Shown one piece after another: positions 50,170 through 62,299 of a stretch of 64,000 nucleotides of DNA. How positions within the stretch are numbered: the stretch's first letter is position 1; the number at the start of each line of letters is the position of its first letter. Source of the DNA: Macrostomum lignano (Eukaryota); contig NIVC01001426.1 in assembly GCA_002269645.1 (NCBI GenBank), forward strand, positions 227,094 through 291,093, written 5' to 3'. A program made the translations under genes and the position numbers. The notes beneath the pieces are model-generated. The model was not told where the DNA came from. It worked only from the letters and a program-made list of their open reading frames with translations, and ran no database searches.

Positions 50170-51706
50170 TTAAGCTATTGCTCTCGATCTGTAACTCGTT
50201 AAGGTAACTTTGGCTACTCGAAAAATATAAGCTATTATATTTGTGATGGGAAGCTGCATTGGATACTCAATGAGGCTATTGTTGGTTATGGCAGCGCTCA
50301 GTCGACTCGACACATGATCCTGATCGGTTGCTTTTGCAATGCGATCCAGCTGAATCACTCCAGGACTGTCAGCTTCCATCAGTCCGATTGATGCTGTCTG
50401 AGCATTCGGGTTGTCGGACACGAGTCGGGATAGCGAGTCGGACTTCATGAGCTTAGACGGTCGGTATTGTATTTCATAGTCATAGGTGGCCAGGATGATT
50501 GCCCATCGCTGCAATCGAGCTGAAACTCTGGTTGGCAGCTCCTTGTCTGGTGTGAATATGAATGTGAGCGGTCGGTTATCAGAGTGAAACTCCGGCCGTA
50601 CAAGAATCGATGACATCTTTTGAATGCGACAAACCAATACAAGTCTCGTTTTTCTTCCTTAGCCGGTTGAGCGGCTTGTTAAGTGCAGCTAAGTTTCTGA
50701 TGAACTTTCCGCTGAAGTTAACGAGACCCAGGAAGGACTCAAGTTCACTGACATTCTGTGGTGGTGTCATGTCCTGGATTGCCTTCACTTTGGCTGGATC
50801 TGGTTTCATTTGATCTCCTTCCAGTAAATACCCCAGGAATTTTATTGACCTTTTGTGGAATTCACTTTTCGCTATGTTGATCTTTAATCCTTGATGGTTC
50901 AGTCGGTGCAAGACTTCCTTCTCTCGACCTGCCAACTGATCTACGCTTTTGCCGGATATCAATATGTCGTCCACATAGGCAATGACACCTGGTGTTCCTC
51001 GTAGGACTTGGCTGATGTACCGCTGGAAGATCGCTGGCGCTGTCTTCACTCCAAACGGTAGCCTATTGAAGGCAAACATTCCGAATGGTGTCGACATGAC
51101 TGTGAGCTCTTTTGAAGTGTCATCCAGTAGAATCTGGTGATAAGCCTTCTCTAAGTCTGTAAATCTGGCTGCCGGCCACAGTTGCAATTACTTCATCAGA
51201 AGCCGGCATCGGATAAGAATCATGGACAAGATGTGGGTTTATTGTCACTCTGAATCCATGCAAATTCTCAACTTTTCAGAAGGTTTCTTGACCACGACGA
51301 TTGGTGAAGCCCATTCACTGAACTTGACTGATTTGATTATTCCTTCATTGAGCAGTTGATCGATTTCTTCCTTTACTCCATTTCTTAGTGCAAAGGGCAT
51401 TGGTTTTGGTTTGCAGTGAATCGGAGTGTCCCCTCTTTGATCTTTAAGAGTCACTCGTCGAAATTCACCTGACCTTGCTGCATACGCTTTTTGATCAACA
51501 GAATTGAGTGTGAAGTTTAGCAATTGTCCCAACCAACAAGAACAAATTAGTTTCTCTGAGATTCCACGATAGGACTCGCAACTGTACTCTAATTCGGTTT
51601 CAAGAGCTCCAAAAACCTTCATCTGGGCATCGGCATCTGTTTTCAGTACCGTGTTAGTAGGCGTTAGTCTTTGGTGGCCGAGATCAACCGGTTGATTCCA
51701 ATTCAT
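50170..51706 (-). mobile_element. Degraded Ty3/Gypsy pol remnant (RT, RNase H)
   Basis: WASPIVVVKK..KLRICMD; DLEKAYHQI...RLPFG...AYVDDILI; ITD...PL...RLQRWAIILATYDYEIQYRP, split by frameshifts. Confidence 0.9.
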
Positions 51707-52249
51707 TTCAGCTAATGGCCACTTAAGAATTGTTGCAACAGTTCTACTACGAGATGGCGCTATCTCCCGTTTTGATTTTCAAAATGACATGTCGCACGAG
51801 ATTGCGCGACGTGACATTAAGGTGCAGCTCCGGAAAATCTTCCGTAAAAAGACGCTTCGATCTGGCGGACCGGCTGGTGCGGTGACCAAGGCTCGCGTCA
51901 ACTGCCTCCTAGAAAGCCACGATGTAATAATGAGAAACAATCAACTGACTAAATAAAAATTTTAATATCGGATTTTTTTGCATACTGAGCCTGCTTTGCT
52001 TTTATCTTCTTTTGGCAATCGAGCTAAGAAGCCGCATAAGTTTCTGGATTTGTCATTGTTATTCGGTATTGTGATTTACATTTAAAATTTGCTGAGCGTC
52101 TCTACTACTAACGCAATTGTCGAGAAAAATAGAAATAATATATCAGTCAGTCTCCTTAAAATCGTTGCTCATATTTTGACATCGACATTAGTTCTTTTAA
52201 ATTTTCATAATGAGATACCCTTCAGTATTCTACGCTCGTACCTATGTTT

Positions 52250-52517
52250 TTGTTTAACTTCTACATGTAATTTTGTTTAACTTCTACATGTACTTTTGTT
52301 TAACTTCTACATGTAATTTTGTTTAACTTCTACATGTACTTTTGTTTAACTTCTACATGTACTTTTGTTTAACTTCTACATGTACTTTTGTTTAACTTCT
52401 ACATGTACTTTTGTTTAACTTCTACATGTACTTTTGTTTAACTTCTACATGTAATTTTGTTTAACTTCTACATGTACTTTTGTTTAACTTCTACATGTAC
52501 TTTTGTTTAACTTCTAC
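52250..52517. repeat. 23-bp tandem repeat (TTTTGTTTAACTTCTACATGTAC) x11
   Basis: Read directly. Confidence 0.93.
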
Positions 52518-52945
52518 CTGACGTGTTTTCAGCGCCACTGGGTAAACAGCTGTTACAAAACTGAGAGCTGCATGCTAGCTGTCTCACTGGGGTTTGAGTG
52601 ACTCTCTTTGTCTAATGCGGAGTGCAGTCTGTCGTTTCTCCTCTGCTTTAAAACGTGGCTGCTTGAGCTCATGCGCTGCTACAGCAGTGGGTTTGAGCTG
52701 AGCTGCTCATTGTTCCTTGTTGATGGTTAATTTTTGACATTTTCCCACAGCCTGACAGCCATATTCGAGACTCCCGTTGGCCCACAGGCTGCAATTGTTT
52801 TACAGTCAAGATCGATCAGGCGATCCCTGCAGCGATTTTACTCAAAGTCATACATGTAGTTGTTCATTGAGCGAAGACTCCTGCGCAAAAGCAGTCAAGT
52901 AATAAATAGTTATTGATTAATCCAGCTCTCGTGAAAGCATCTCTC

Positions 52946-55900
52946 TGTTAAAGAAATAATCAAGTCTAATTGATCTGAGGGTTAGACTTTAACAAAAAAA
53001 CAGGTAAATGAGCCCTGTGGCTAAATTATTGCTTATATATTAAATTAAATCGATGTTCTCTCTCTCCAACTCTCTAACTCATCAACGCCTCACGCACATC
53101 AACCCCACCCCAACACACTCTGAGACGGGGACCGCCAAGTGTACACTGGCGACGCTACACATAGCAGAGGGTCGGTACGCAGGCACTCCAAATCCAACAC
53201 ACTCCCCCTAATGATGCTTCATCATTACAGTACTTAACATTGATATTCGAAAAAGGAAACTCGCTATTAACTTAAATGAAATTAAACGAAACGAATAGCA
53301 AAAAACAAATGAACAACAAAAAACGCTCCAACATTACAACAGACTTGATGACTAAAAATGTGACACACCATCACCAGAGTACTGAGTTAACGAAAAAGTA
53401 GGAACAAAGGGAAAACGAAACTCAAAAAAATCCAATCAGCGCTAAGGAGCTCAAAAGGTAAGATTGAAAGGGAGTGAAAATTACTGCGAACTAAAACTAA
53501 ACAGAAACTCGAAACAACGATTAGAACAGTCATTGAAAGTCAGTTACTTAAGTTCATTCAGTCACAGCTTCCAGCAAAATCAGGTTCTCCACCGGTCGGC
53601 GAATCAAGCATCTCCTGGGACCGCGGCCAGGTCTGGGCGCGACTCGAACCGTTGCAGATCTCACCGCCCCGTCTCGGCCAGGATGCACCGACTCGATGAC
53701 ACCGGTACACCAGGTAAGCCTCGGCTGCCCGGCCTCACCTTTCACCAGGACGATGTCGCCGGCCGTCGCTTCTCGAGTTACGCCATGCTTGGGACTTAGA
53801 TTATGTTCTCGCAGGCTGGTCAGATACTGTCGCTCCCAGCAGTCCCAGAAGGCTTGCAGTCTGGCGCGCATTCGCCTCAGCAGTGTTGGCAACGGCAGCA
53901 GGAGCTCGGGCGTACCGCTAGAAGTTGGCTCCGCCGTCAGCCGTTGCAGGACCAGAAAGTGCGCCGGCGTCAGGACTTCTCCGTTGGTTTCGGCATCCAC
54001 GTAGAGTAGAGGCCGACTGTTGAGCACCGCTTCCACCTCCATTAGCACTGTCCGCAGTTCGTCCAGCGTCAGGGTTGCGTTGAGGATGGTCTTGCGCAAA
54101 GCCAGCTTGATGTCCCTCATCAGTCGCTCCCAGAAGCCTCCTTGCCACGGTGCGCGTTCGACGATGAATTGCCAGGTGATTTTCCTGGTGGCGCAGAAGT
54201 CTTGAACTTGTCGACTCTCCGACGCCTGAAGTATTTTGGCAGCCTTGGTGAATGTCTTGGCGTTGTCACTGATGAGATTGGGAATTCCTCTCCGAGCACA
54301 GAACCGTCGGAGGGCTCGCAGGAAGGTCTCGGTCGTCAAGTCGCTCACCAGTTCCAGGTGAAGGGCTCGCGTGGCCGCACAGGTGAAAACCAGGATATAG
54401 CCTTTCTCGATCTCTGTGTCCTCCATCAGTTTGACAGGTCCGCAGTAGTCGAGTCCGCACCACTCAAAGGCTCTCCCAGACTTCACGCGTGCTTCAGGTA
54501 AGGCTGGGATTTGCTTCACTGCATATGGTAGTCCTTGAAGACGTCTGCAGACAAAGCAACTTCTCAGGATCGACTTGACTCGCTGTCTTCCTCTGATTAG
54601 CCAGAATCTCTCTCGCAGCTTACAAAGAGTGCTGGGCACTCCCCCGTGCAGAACCTTGGCGTGAGCGTCCCAGATGAGAAGAAGCTCCAGGTGTGACTTG
54701 CTCGGGATCAGAATCGGACAGTCAACCTCGGCAGAGGCGTTGGACTCCTTCAATCGACCTTGGCTTCGGAGAATACTCTTGTTGTCGAGAAAAAGATTCA
54801 ACTGCCTGCTGAGATCTGTACTGGCCGCTGACTCCTGAATGTGAGCAATTTCGGCTTGAAAACTCCGTCTCTGCACTTCTCGCAGCCAGCGCTCTTCAAC
54901 TTCAAGGACTTCTGCTGCAGCCAGTGGTCCCACTCGCTCCTCCCCCGCTGCAGAAGTTCTAGCTTGCAGGTTTCTGACGAAGCGTAGGACATAGGCTGTC
55001 ACCCGAATCAGCTTGATCCAGGATGAGAAGTTCGTGTCATTGAGAACTTCCTGTAGACTGATGTCAGGACCGGCTTCAGTTAGCAGAACAACTGGACGGT
55101 TCACTTGTGTCTTTTGCTCCTCGGCAACTGCCGCTGTCGGTAAGCTGAGAAAGGATTGGTCGGGCCAATCGTCAGGAGGTCGTGCCAGCCAGTCTGGACC
55201 GTGCCACCAGCTGTCGTCCGCCTTCAACTTGCTCGCTGATGTTCCTCGAGATGCAACGTCCGCCGGATTCTCCTCGCCTGGGACATGTCTCCAGGCATCC
55301 TCTGGCACCAGGCGGCGGATCTCCGTCACCCGATTATGAACAAAGAGCTTCCAGGGTCTGTGCTGCCGGATCCAGTAGAGCGTGTCGGCACTGTCTGTCC
55401 AGCAAAACACCTGGCGAACCTGAGGATACTGACTCATGGATGATGTCAACAGTCTGGCGAGTATCAAGGCACCCAGGAGTTCGAGCCGAGGAATTGAAAG
55501 AACCGACAGTGGAGCCACTCTCGCCTTGGCGGCCACCAGGTTGCAGCTGACGGAACCATCGGTGTACTGCACTCGCAGGTAAAGACACGCCGCATAGCAT
55601 TTGATTGACGCATCACAGAACCCATGCAGCTGTATCTCCTCGACCTCCTTCGTCGCCGAAAGCACCAACCTTGGAACTTGAAATCGACCTGCCAGCATCT
55701 CCTGCAACCACTTCAGCCACTGCTGCTTAATCGGCTCCTTTAGCGGGCAGTCCCAAGCGATCTTTTCAACGCACAGCTTCTGGAACATCGATTTCGGCAA
55801 CGTAAGCAGCGGAACCAGGAAGCCCAGAGGATCGTAGACACGGGCCAGCAGCTGTAGCACGACACGCTTGGAGGGCGACGCCTTGAGCAAATCTTCTGGC

Positions 55901-58900
55901 GGAGAAAACTGCAGCACGAACACGTCCGATCCTGTCTCCCATCGCAGCCCGAGGACTTTTGACGATACGCCATCTTCGCCCAAGGAGGCGGCTGAATAGC
56001 TGGAGGGGTCCTCCGTGATGTCCTTTGTCACCGCCGACAACGCCGGAGCAAGAACATCACTGTCTAGTGTGCTGGCGCGAACCGCTTTCAATACATTCTT
56101 GCTGTTGGACTGCCAGTGTCGCAGATTCATTCCAGCCTGTTGGAATATGTGCCGGGATTTTTGGATGAGATCCAGGGCCTGCTGTTCATCCACGCACCCA
56201 GAGATCAGGTTGTCCACATAGATTTCTTTGGACACCTTATCCACGAACTCTGCATGCTGGCCTCGGTGAGATGCCAAGTGGTGTTGAATGACAGTCTCCA
56301 GGACGGCAGGTGAGCAGGTGAGTCCGAACACCAGAGCAGCGTAGCGCAGAACAACGAGAGGTGAATCAGCTTGACTGGGATCCCGTGGCCAGAGGAATCG
56401 TAGAGCATCGCGATCGTCTTCTGCAATTCGGATCTGCAAAAAAGCCTTCTCAATATCGGCAGTCAAGGCGATCGGATGAAGTCGAAATGCCTGAAGCAGT
56501 CGCGGAATCTCGGCCAACGAACAGGTTCCTGTTTCCAGACAGTCATTCAGCGATGGACTGCACTGATCTCGCTTGGCACTCGCGTCGAAAACCACTCGAA
56601 CTTTGGTCGATTCAGCTTCAGGACGGATTACGGCTCGGTGGGGTAGGTAGTGGATGAGATCGCTGGTCCCATCTGGAGCTTCTTCGACTACGCCAGCTTC
56701 CTTCTGACTGGTCAGAATGCGGTGGTACTCCTGAAGTAGCGCAGGCTCACGACGCAGCCTCGTCAGATTGGTCTTTAGTCTCTTGAACGCTACCTCGAAG
56801 TTGTCGGGCAATCTTAATTCCTTTTTGGGAATCTTCCACGGCAGCTGAACTGAGTAGCGACCCTCTTGGAACTGGGCATTCAGAGTCAGTGGACGCTGAT
56901 CAGGCTCGGCTGCACTTCTGATGCCGAGACCTTCTAAAGTCCAGAACGCCTCGATGGTGCTGCTGTCCAGACCTTTCTCCGCTCCTTGAGCACAGCAGAG
57001 AAGAACCTGCTCTGACCTGGTCTCTAGCTCACTTGCGGCGAACCCATCTGACAGTGACCCGCACAGCAACCAACCGAGCTGACTGGATACGGCAACTGGA
57101 CCGGAGCCGACCTCTGAGCGAATCACTTGACCTGTGACGAGGTCGTAGAATTGGTCAGCTCCGATGAGGATACTGATCTCGGGATTCTGTTCACCACCGA
57201 TGTCCCAGTCTGCCATGTCGAGGTGTTGAAAGTGCTTCATGCACAAGCTGCTGACAACTGGCTGATGAGAGCAGATGTAAGGCACTGTGTTGGCGCGCAC
57301 TGTGAACTGGGCGGTGCTGTCAGATTTCCGAAGCTTGAACTCGACCATCGCAGTCTGCAGCACCTTGGCCTCTGTGCCACCGAATGTTGTCACCTCCATC
57401 GTCTCTCTGCCCATGACCTGGAGCCCCATCTTCTCAGCCAAGCTGGTCAAGATGAACGAACGGTTGCTTGCAGAGTCAAAGAGAATTCGCACCGGAGTCT
57501 CCTGATTGTTAACAGTCGAAATCAGTACAGCTCCCGCTGTTGGAAGGATCACTGTTTGAGCTTTTGTCACCATAGCCATGGTCTTCACTTCTTGACTCTT
57601 CACATTCTGTGCAGCAGCCTGCTCGGACTTCTTCCGGTCTTCTCCCACCTTTCCAAGTGTGGAGCCGGGTGCCTTCGGTCCATCCTTACCCAGCAGCTTC
57701 TCCATGCGTGCGCTACAGAGACTTGGGTGATGCTTCATCTGGCAGAATTCACATTGCTTCTTGTGGTAGCAGGTCTTGACGCTGTGTCCCTTGCAGAGAC
57801 AGCTGAAGCAACGCCTCTGCTCCTTCAAAAACTGGAGTCGTGCCGCAACGTCTACCAGGCGAGTGCACTTCTCTGGAGCATGTTCAGTTTCGCAGAAGGG
57901 ACAAGCCGTGCTGACCTTTTTGACCTTCGTGTGAAGCGCAGCCACTGTGCCGCCATCCCTTGTCTGTTTCTCACCAGCAGTCTTGGACGCTCCATTGGAA
58001 CCGGACGTCTGCCCTCCAGCTCCAACGGCCGCCTCCTCCCGGACTAAAATCTCCATTTCCAAGACCTGCAGAAACTCCGTCACAGAATCTAAGCCATTGC
58101 CATCCCTCATCTGCGACAAGCTGCTACCAAAGGAATAACCGACGGAAGCAATCCGAGCAGTTCTCAGCATCCCGAGACGAACGACTTCCGGCAGCTTCGC
58201 CAGCAAGTTGGGCAGCAACATGGACTCGTAAGATTCGACACTCACCCCGAGATTCGTCAGACTGCGGACATTTCCATTGACTTGGTCGTAGAAATTCCTC
58301 AGGTGCTGTGCCGACGAACTGGAGCAGGTCAGCACCGAGAACTTTGCCAGGTGCTCGCGCACGGCTCCGTTGCGGGATCCAAATCGTCGTTGCAGGTTGT
58401 CGATGGCGATATGGTAGTTGTCCTTCGTGATGTTGAGACCAGCGATCGAGTTTCGGGCTTCCCCAGACAGACACGACTGCAGGTAGCTGAATTTGTCGAC
58501 GACACTCAGGCTCGGGTTGTCATGGATACTGGAGTTGAAGCGGTCCCAGAATTCCGTCCATTGGGTCCGATCGCCACTGAATGACGGTGGCGGCAGTTTT
58601 GGCAACCTGATGGCAGTCTGAGTCCTTGTCGTTGAAGAATTCTCTTCCGAAGACTTGGACGAAGTCGTCGTCTGTATGGCTGTATTCTGCAGCAGATTTG
58701 TTGCCTGCGGCGTGCCGGTCCGCGCGGTCTGAAGCTCCTGGAGCCGTCTGGTGAGGTTCGAGATCAATTTGCCAGCCAGCAGGTCGTACTCCATTGTCGT
58801 CTCTGCTTCAGCCTGCACGTCCTTCTCGTCAACCTCCGCGGCGAGCTCTTCATCTGCTGCTTGGAGCTGCTGCTTCTTGAACCGTAGAGCCTCTAGAACG

Positions 58901-59342
58901 CTGTCGATTTCATCTTCAGCAGCATCTGTTTTGAGCAGGTCTTCGGCTTTCTGTGCCAGTCTGGTGACCGTCGCTCGTAACACGCCTCTCTTCCTGGAGT
59001 CCATGCTGTTGTTGAAAAATCGCTGAGTCACTGTAGCACTCTTGCGCTCACTGCTTGATTTTACTGTGATTTTGGTTCGGGCGCCATGTTAAAGAAATAA
59101 TCAAGTCTAATTGATCTGAGGGTTAGACTTTAACAAAAAAACAGGTAAATGAGCCCTGTGGCTAAATTATTGCTTATATATTAAATTAAATCGATGTTCT
59201 CTCTCTCCAACTCTCTAACTCATCAACGCCTCACGCACATCAACCCCACCCCAACACACTCTGAGACGGGGACCGCCAAGTGTACACTGGCGACGCTACA
59301 CATAGCAGAGGGTCGGTACGCAGGCACTCCAAATCCAACACA
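52946..59342 (-). mobile_element. Intact BEL/Pao LTR retrotransposon (6397 bp)
   Basis: 256-bp LTRs (52946-53201 and 59087-59342, TG...CA) identical by eye; 5-bp TSD CTCTC; PBS TGGCGCCCGAAC (59086-59075); PPT (53210-53202). Confidence 0.97.
53554..59004 (-). CDS. BEL/Pao Gag-Pol polyprotein, about 1816 aa from the first ATG
   Basis: Uninterrupted ORF: LPKLPPPSFSGD..W..FW (Gag), CCHC knuckles, ILFDSASNRSF (protease), RVVFDAS/ADIEKAF/YVDN (RT), GFCDAS (RNase H), GLDYCGP/SDNAKTF/WQGGFWERL (integrase). Confidence 0.97.
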   Translation of the reverse strand: MDSRKRGVLRATVTRLAQKAEDLLKTDAAEDEIDSVLEALRFKKQQLQAADEELAAEVDEKDVQAEAETTMEYDLLAGKLISNLTRRLQELQTARTGTPQATNLLQNTAIQTTTSSKSSEENSSTTRTQTAIRLPKLPPPSFSGDRTQWTEFWDRFNSSIHDNPSLSVVDKFSYLQSCLSGEARNSIAGLNITKDNYHIAIDNLQRRFGSRNGAVREHLAKFSVLTCSSSSAQHLRNFYDQVNGNVRSLTNLGVSVESYESMLLPNLLAKLPEVVRLGMLRTARIASVGYSFGSSLSQMRDGNGLDSVTEFLQVLEMEILVREEAAVGAGGQTSGSNGASKTAGEKQTRDGGTVAALHTKVKKVSTACPFCETEHAPEKCTRLVDVAARLQFLKEQRRCFSCLCKGHSVKTCYHKKQCEFCQMKHHPSLCSARMEKLLGKDGPKAPGSTLGKVGEDRKKSEQAAAQNVKSQEVKTMAMVTKAQTVILPTAGAVLISTVNNQETPVRILFDSASNRSFILTSLAEKMGLQVMGRETMEVTTFGGTEAKVLQTAMVEFKLRKSDSTAQFTVRANTVPYICSHQPVVSSLCMKHFQHLDMADWDIGGEQNPEISILIGADQFYDLVTGQVIRSEVGSGPVAVSSQLGWLLCGSLSDGFAASELETRSEQVLLCCAQGAEKGLDSSTIEAFWTLEGLGIRSAAEPDQRPLTLNAQFQEGRYSVQLPWKIPKKELRLPDNFEVAFKRLKTNLTRLRREPALLQEYHRILTSQKEAGVVEEAPDGTSDLIHYLPHRAVIRPEAESTKVRVVFDASAKRDQCSPSLNDCLETGTCSLAEIPRLLQAFRLHPIALTADIEKAFLQIRIAEDDRDALRFLWPRDPSQADSPLVVLRYAALVFGLTCSPAVLETVIQHHLASHRGQHAEFVDKVSKEIYVDNLISGCVDEQQALDLIQKSRHIFQQAGMNLRHWQSNSKNVLKAVRASTLDSDVLAPALSAVTKDITEDPSSYSAASLGEDGVSSKVLGLRWETGSDVFVLQFSPPEDLLKASPSKRVVLQLLARVYDPLGFLVPLLTLPKSMFQKLCVEKIAWDCPLKEPIKQQWLKWLQEMLAGRFQVPRLVLSATKEVEEIQLHGFCDASIKCYAACLYLRVQYTDGSVSCNLVAAKARVAPLSVLSIPRLELLGALILARLLTSSMSQYPQVRQVFCWTDSADTLYWIRQHRPWKLFVHNRVTEIRRLVPEDAWRHVPGEENPADVASRGTSASKLKADDSWWHGPDWLARPPDDWPDQSFLSLPTAAVAEEQKTQVNRPVVLLTEAGPDISLQEVLNDTNFSSWIKLIRVTAYVLRFVRNLQARTSAAGEERVGPLAAAEVLEVEERWLREVQRRSFQAEIAHIQESAASTDLSRQLNLFLDNKSILRSQGRLKESNASAEVDCPILIPSKSHLELLLIWDAHAKVLHGGVPSTLCKLRERFWLIRGRQRVKSILRSCFVCRRLQGLPYAVKQIPALPEARVKSGRAFEWCGLDYCGPVKLMEDTEIEKGYILVFTCAATRALHLELVSDLTTETFLRALRRFCARRGIPNLISDNAKTFTKAAKILQASESRQVQDFCATRKITWQFIVERAPWQGGFWERLMRDIKLALRKTILNATLTLDELRTVLMEVEAVLNSRPLLYVDAETNGEVLTPAHFLVLQRLTAEPTSSGTPELLLPLPTLLRRMRARLQAFWDCWERQYLTSLREHNLSPKHGVTREATAGDIVLVKGEAGQPRLTWCTGVIESVHPGRDGAVRSATVRVAPRPGRGPRRCLIRRPVENLILLEAVTE

Positions 59343-59682
59343 CTCTCTAAGAGTTTGCTTAGGAAAAGTTCATTTTAATTTATATATTTTCCTATTAAAA
59401 AGAAGCGAGAAAGGTTTACACAGCCGCTCAGTTCAGAAAAGAGGGGTTTTGAACAAAAAATATATTTTTGTATGCGAGTCTTCCAATTGAACTCTTTTAT
59501 AAAATTTTTTCAGACATTTTAATAAATATAAGAAATATAAATTAAGGCAGACGATTTCAAAAAAGTAACTGAAGAGTCTGCTCTTATAGTGATAACTGAC
59601 CTAAAAAGGACACCGCTATCTTACCTGGACTTCTAAATTAACAGACATGCATTCATAAACTTACATTAATATAACTGTATCT

Positions 59683-59907
59683 GTGAATGTCTGTGAATGC
59701 ATGTCTGTGAATGCATGTCTGTGAATGCATGTCTGTGAATGCATGTCTGTGAATGCATGTCTGTGAATGCATGTCTGTGAATGCATGTCTGTGAATGCAT
59801 GTCTGTGAATGCATGTCTGTGAATGCATGTCTGTGAATGCATGTCTGTGAATGCATGCCTGTGAATGCATGTCTGTGAATGCATGTCTGTGAATGCATGT
59901 CTGTGAA
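59683..59907. repeat. 14-bp tandem repeat (GAATGCATGTCTGT) x16
   Basis: Read directly. Confidence 0.95.
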
Positions 59908-60178
59908 TAAAACAATTCTAATTTAGTTATCAATGCGCAGAGGCTCATACATAAAGAGAAAGACAGAAAATTATTGAGTAAAAGGACGGCTTATAAAAAA
60001 CAGGTGAAAATTGGTATGGATAAACAAGGTAATTTAAACAGTAGTTTACCTTTTTATAATAAGCAACAACAATTTAAAAGGCTTGTCTTAAATTTTTAAA
60101 TGACTCGATAAAATTAGTTTAGAATGAACTTCCAACTGAGTTAATCACGTGTTAATAATTAGTTCCTGCATTAATCAA

Positions 60179-61923
60179 TCACCCATTCCAATAGAGGCGT
60201 CGAAACGCATCATTGCTGTCGATCAGGGCACTGAAGCTGCTCGGGATGCTGGAAGAATTGAAGAACCAGCAGTCGTTCCTAGAGGCTTTGAAGAGAACGT
60301 GCGAGCAGCTCGGCTGTATGAGGAATTTTGAGCACTTGATGATGCACTCAGTTTCCGAACGCATCTTCAATGGAGCAGTAGTCAGAAGGCTGTTTGATGT
60401 CGAGGAGAAGCTGGGTTGGATCTCCGTAGCTACGACAGTGGTGGAATCCGGTCTTCTGGAACGTTGTGGACAGCTCAGTAACTTTACAATTTAACTACAC
60501 CTAACTTTCATTATTCATAAATTGCTCAAACCTGCAAATATATCAATCTCGCAGAAATTGAGATAATAATTATTAGTGGAGATCCCAGTGATATTCCTGG
60601 AAACCGCCACGTATCGACCCGTCAGCGGTGTTGGGCAGGTGAAGTTAATCGGGTTGTCAGCATCTGTGATAGCGCCGGTCTTGTACGCACACAGACTGAA
60701 GTTGCTCAATTTGAAGTCAGTCCACACTGACTCAACCGATGAAACGCCTGCAGGTGCGATCAGTTTTTATTGTCAAGGGCATTTTAATAAATCAATTAGA
60801 TTTTCAGCTACTAATGTCTTTATTTACTTATGCTGATCTGCGTGAATCGCGTCTCAAAACTGCTGTCCAGCCTGTTCCAGACTCGCACTCCAGCAATGCG
60901 ATAGTTCTGCAGCAGGTCCAGCATCCACCAGGGCAGCGGATCGGCCGCATTAGTGCAGATGCACTGCACGCCACTGATGTAGTTACCGTGGGTGTTGCCA
61001 TCGTAAGCCAGAGCAGCTGGTCCGGATGAACTCCACTTTGTTGACATCTTTGCTGGCATACCTTTTTGAAGGCTATAGGTTTTTCCTAGAATGTAGGGAT
61101 AGCTTGCTTCAACAATGATAACTACCACAAAGTGGTTTAGTTTGTAAAGGGAATTGGGCGACAATCAGGCACATTCCGCTGACTTCTGAGTGGTTACACA
61201 CGCTGGCACAGGCTCTCACAGGATACACAATTTATCCCAAAAGCCCAAAACAGCATGGAATCGAACCCAAGTTTCCTGGAGCGAGAGTCAGACGTGTTTA
61301 CCGCATTTAGCATTTACGGACCCGTGTTATCAGAGATGTTTTAAACGCGTATTCAATATATTTAATTTTTTATTGCAGGCTTGATTCAGGGGCAGAAATG
61401 CCAAAGGTTCAGATCGTGTGCACCTGTCTGACAACCAGAAAGTCAAAGGGCCATTTGCCTTTCCGTTGTGCGGGGTGCACTGACGCCCCTAACGGGCCAG
61501 GATGTGCAACCGACAGCTCAGCCGCAGCTATTGCGTGGGGCATCTGAAGGCTGCGTACGGCTGTTCAGTCCAAGGACTCGGGGGTCGCCACACACACCCT
61601 CAATTACCCCAGCTAATGCTGGCACTCATTCAACTGCTGGGTGAACTGAAGCAATGCGGAGTCAAGTGGCTTGCTCAATAAGTCAAGAATCGAACCCCCG
61701 ATGATCTTTCAGCCGTGAGTCCGAAGCTCTAACCACTAGGATAACAAGATAAAGTCTTACATTGTACCAACTCTTTGTGTAAGTATCTTTGTGTAAATGC
61801 GGAGTTAAAGGACGCCATGAAAAAAAATAATTAAACTACTATAAAAGATGCACTGAACTCACCTTCAAGGCAGCGACAAAAAATACTCAGGAAAATAGTG
61901 AAAAGCAGTTGTAGCTTCTCCAT
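60179..61923 (-). CDS. Secreted FTP + PAN-like protein, paralog B, about 261 aa
   Basis: Exons 61923-61863 (MEKLQLLFTIFLSIFCRCLE), 61085-60828, 60747-60532 and a last exon ending at 60179 (RSETECIIKC...SCSHVLF...DCWFF). The frame-preserving acceptor is at 60430; the exact exon 4 start is uncertain. Confidence 0.78.
61495..61742 (-). mobile_element. SINE copy in intron 1 of lectin B
   Basis: Same family as 33730-33990. Confidence 0.8.
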
Positions 61924-62157
61924 TTCTTAGAATGTTGATCAATCTGAGACTGATGGTTAGAGGAACTGCAAATTGTGTAGAGAGCCGCTGGGCTGCTCAG
62001 GCGAAAAGATGATTCGAATGGGAATTTAAAAGCGTCCCAAACACCCAGCAAAAACTTCTTATTCCTTTGTTCAACAGCACCTTCTCTTCCTCACTAGCTA
62101 GGCTAAACAATACCTGCGTTTGCTCAACCACTCTGCCTTTCTTTTTCTGTCTCTCTG

Positions 62158-62201
62158 TTTGGCCTGACGAATAACCCAGAGGCTTGAAACGCGGTTGCAA
62201 A
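62158..62201 (+). ncRNA. Probable degenerate minimal hammerhead ribozyme
   Basis: TTTGGC-CTGACGA-ATAACC-caga-GGCTT-GAAA-CGCG-GTT-GCAAA: core and CGCG palindrome present, stems I and II imperfect. Confidence 0.5.
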
Positions 62202-62299
62202 GTCAATACGTCGTGACCTCTCTCTCTCTCTCTCTCTCTCTCCTCTCTCCCCCCTTTACCGGGAAATCAGTGAAGGAGGTTCCCCAGACTTAGAAGTGA

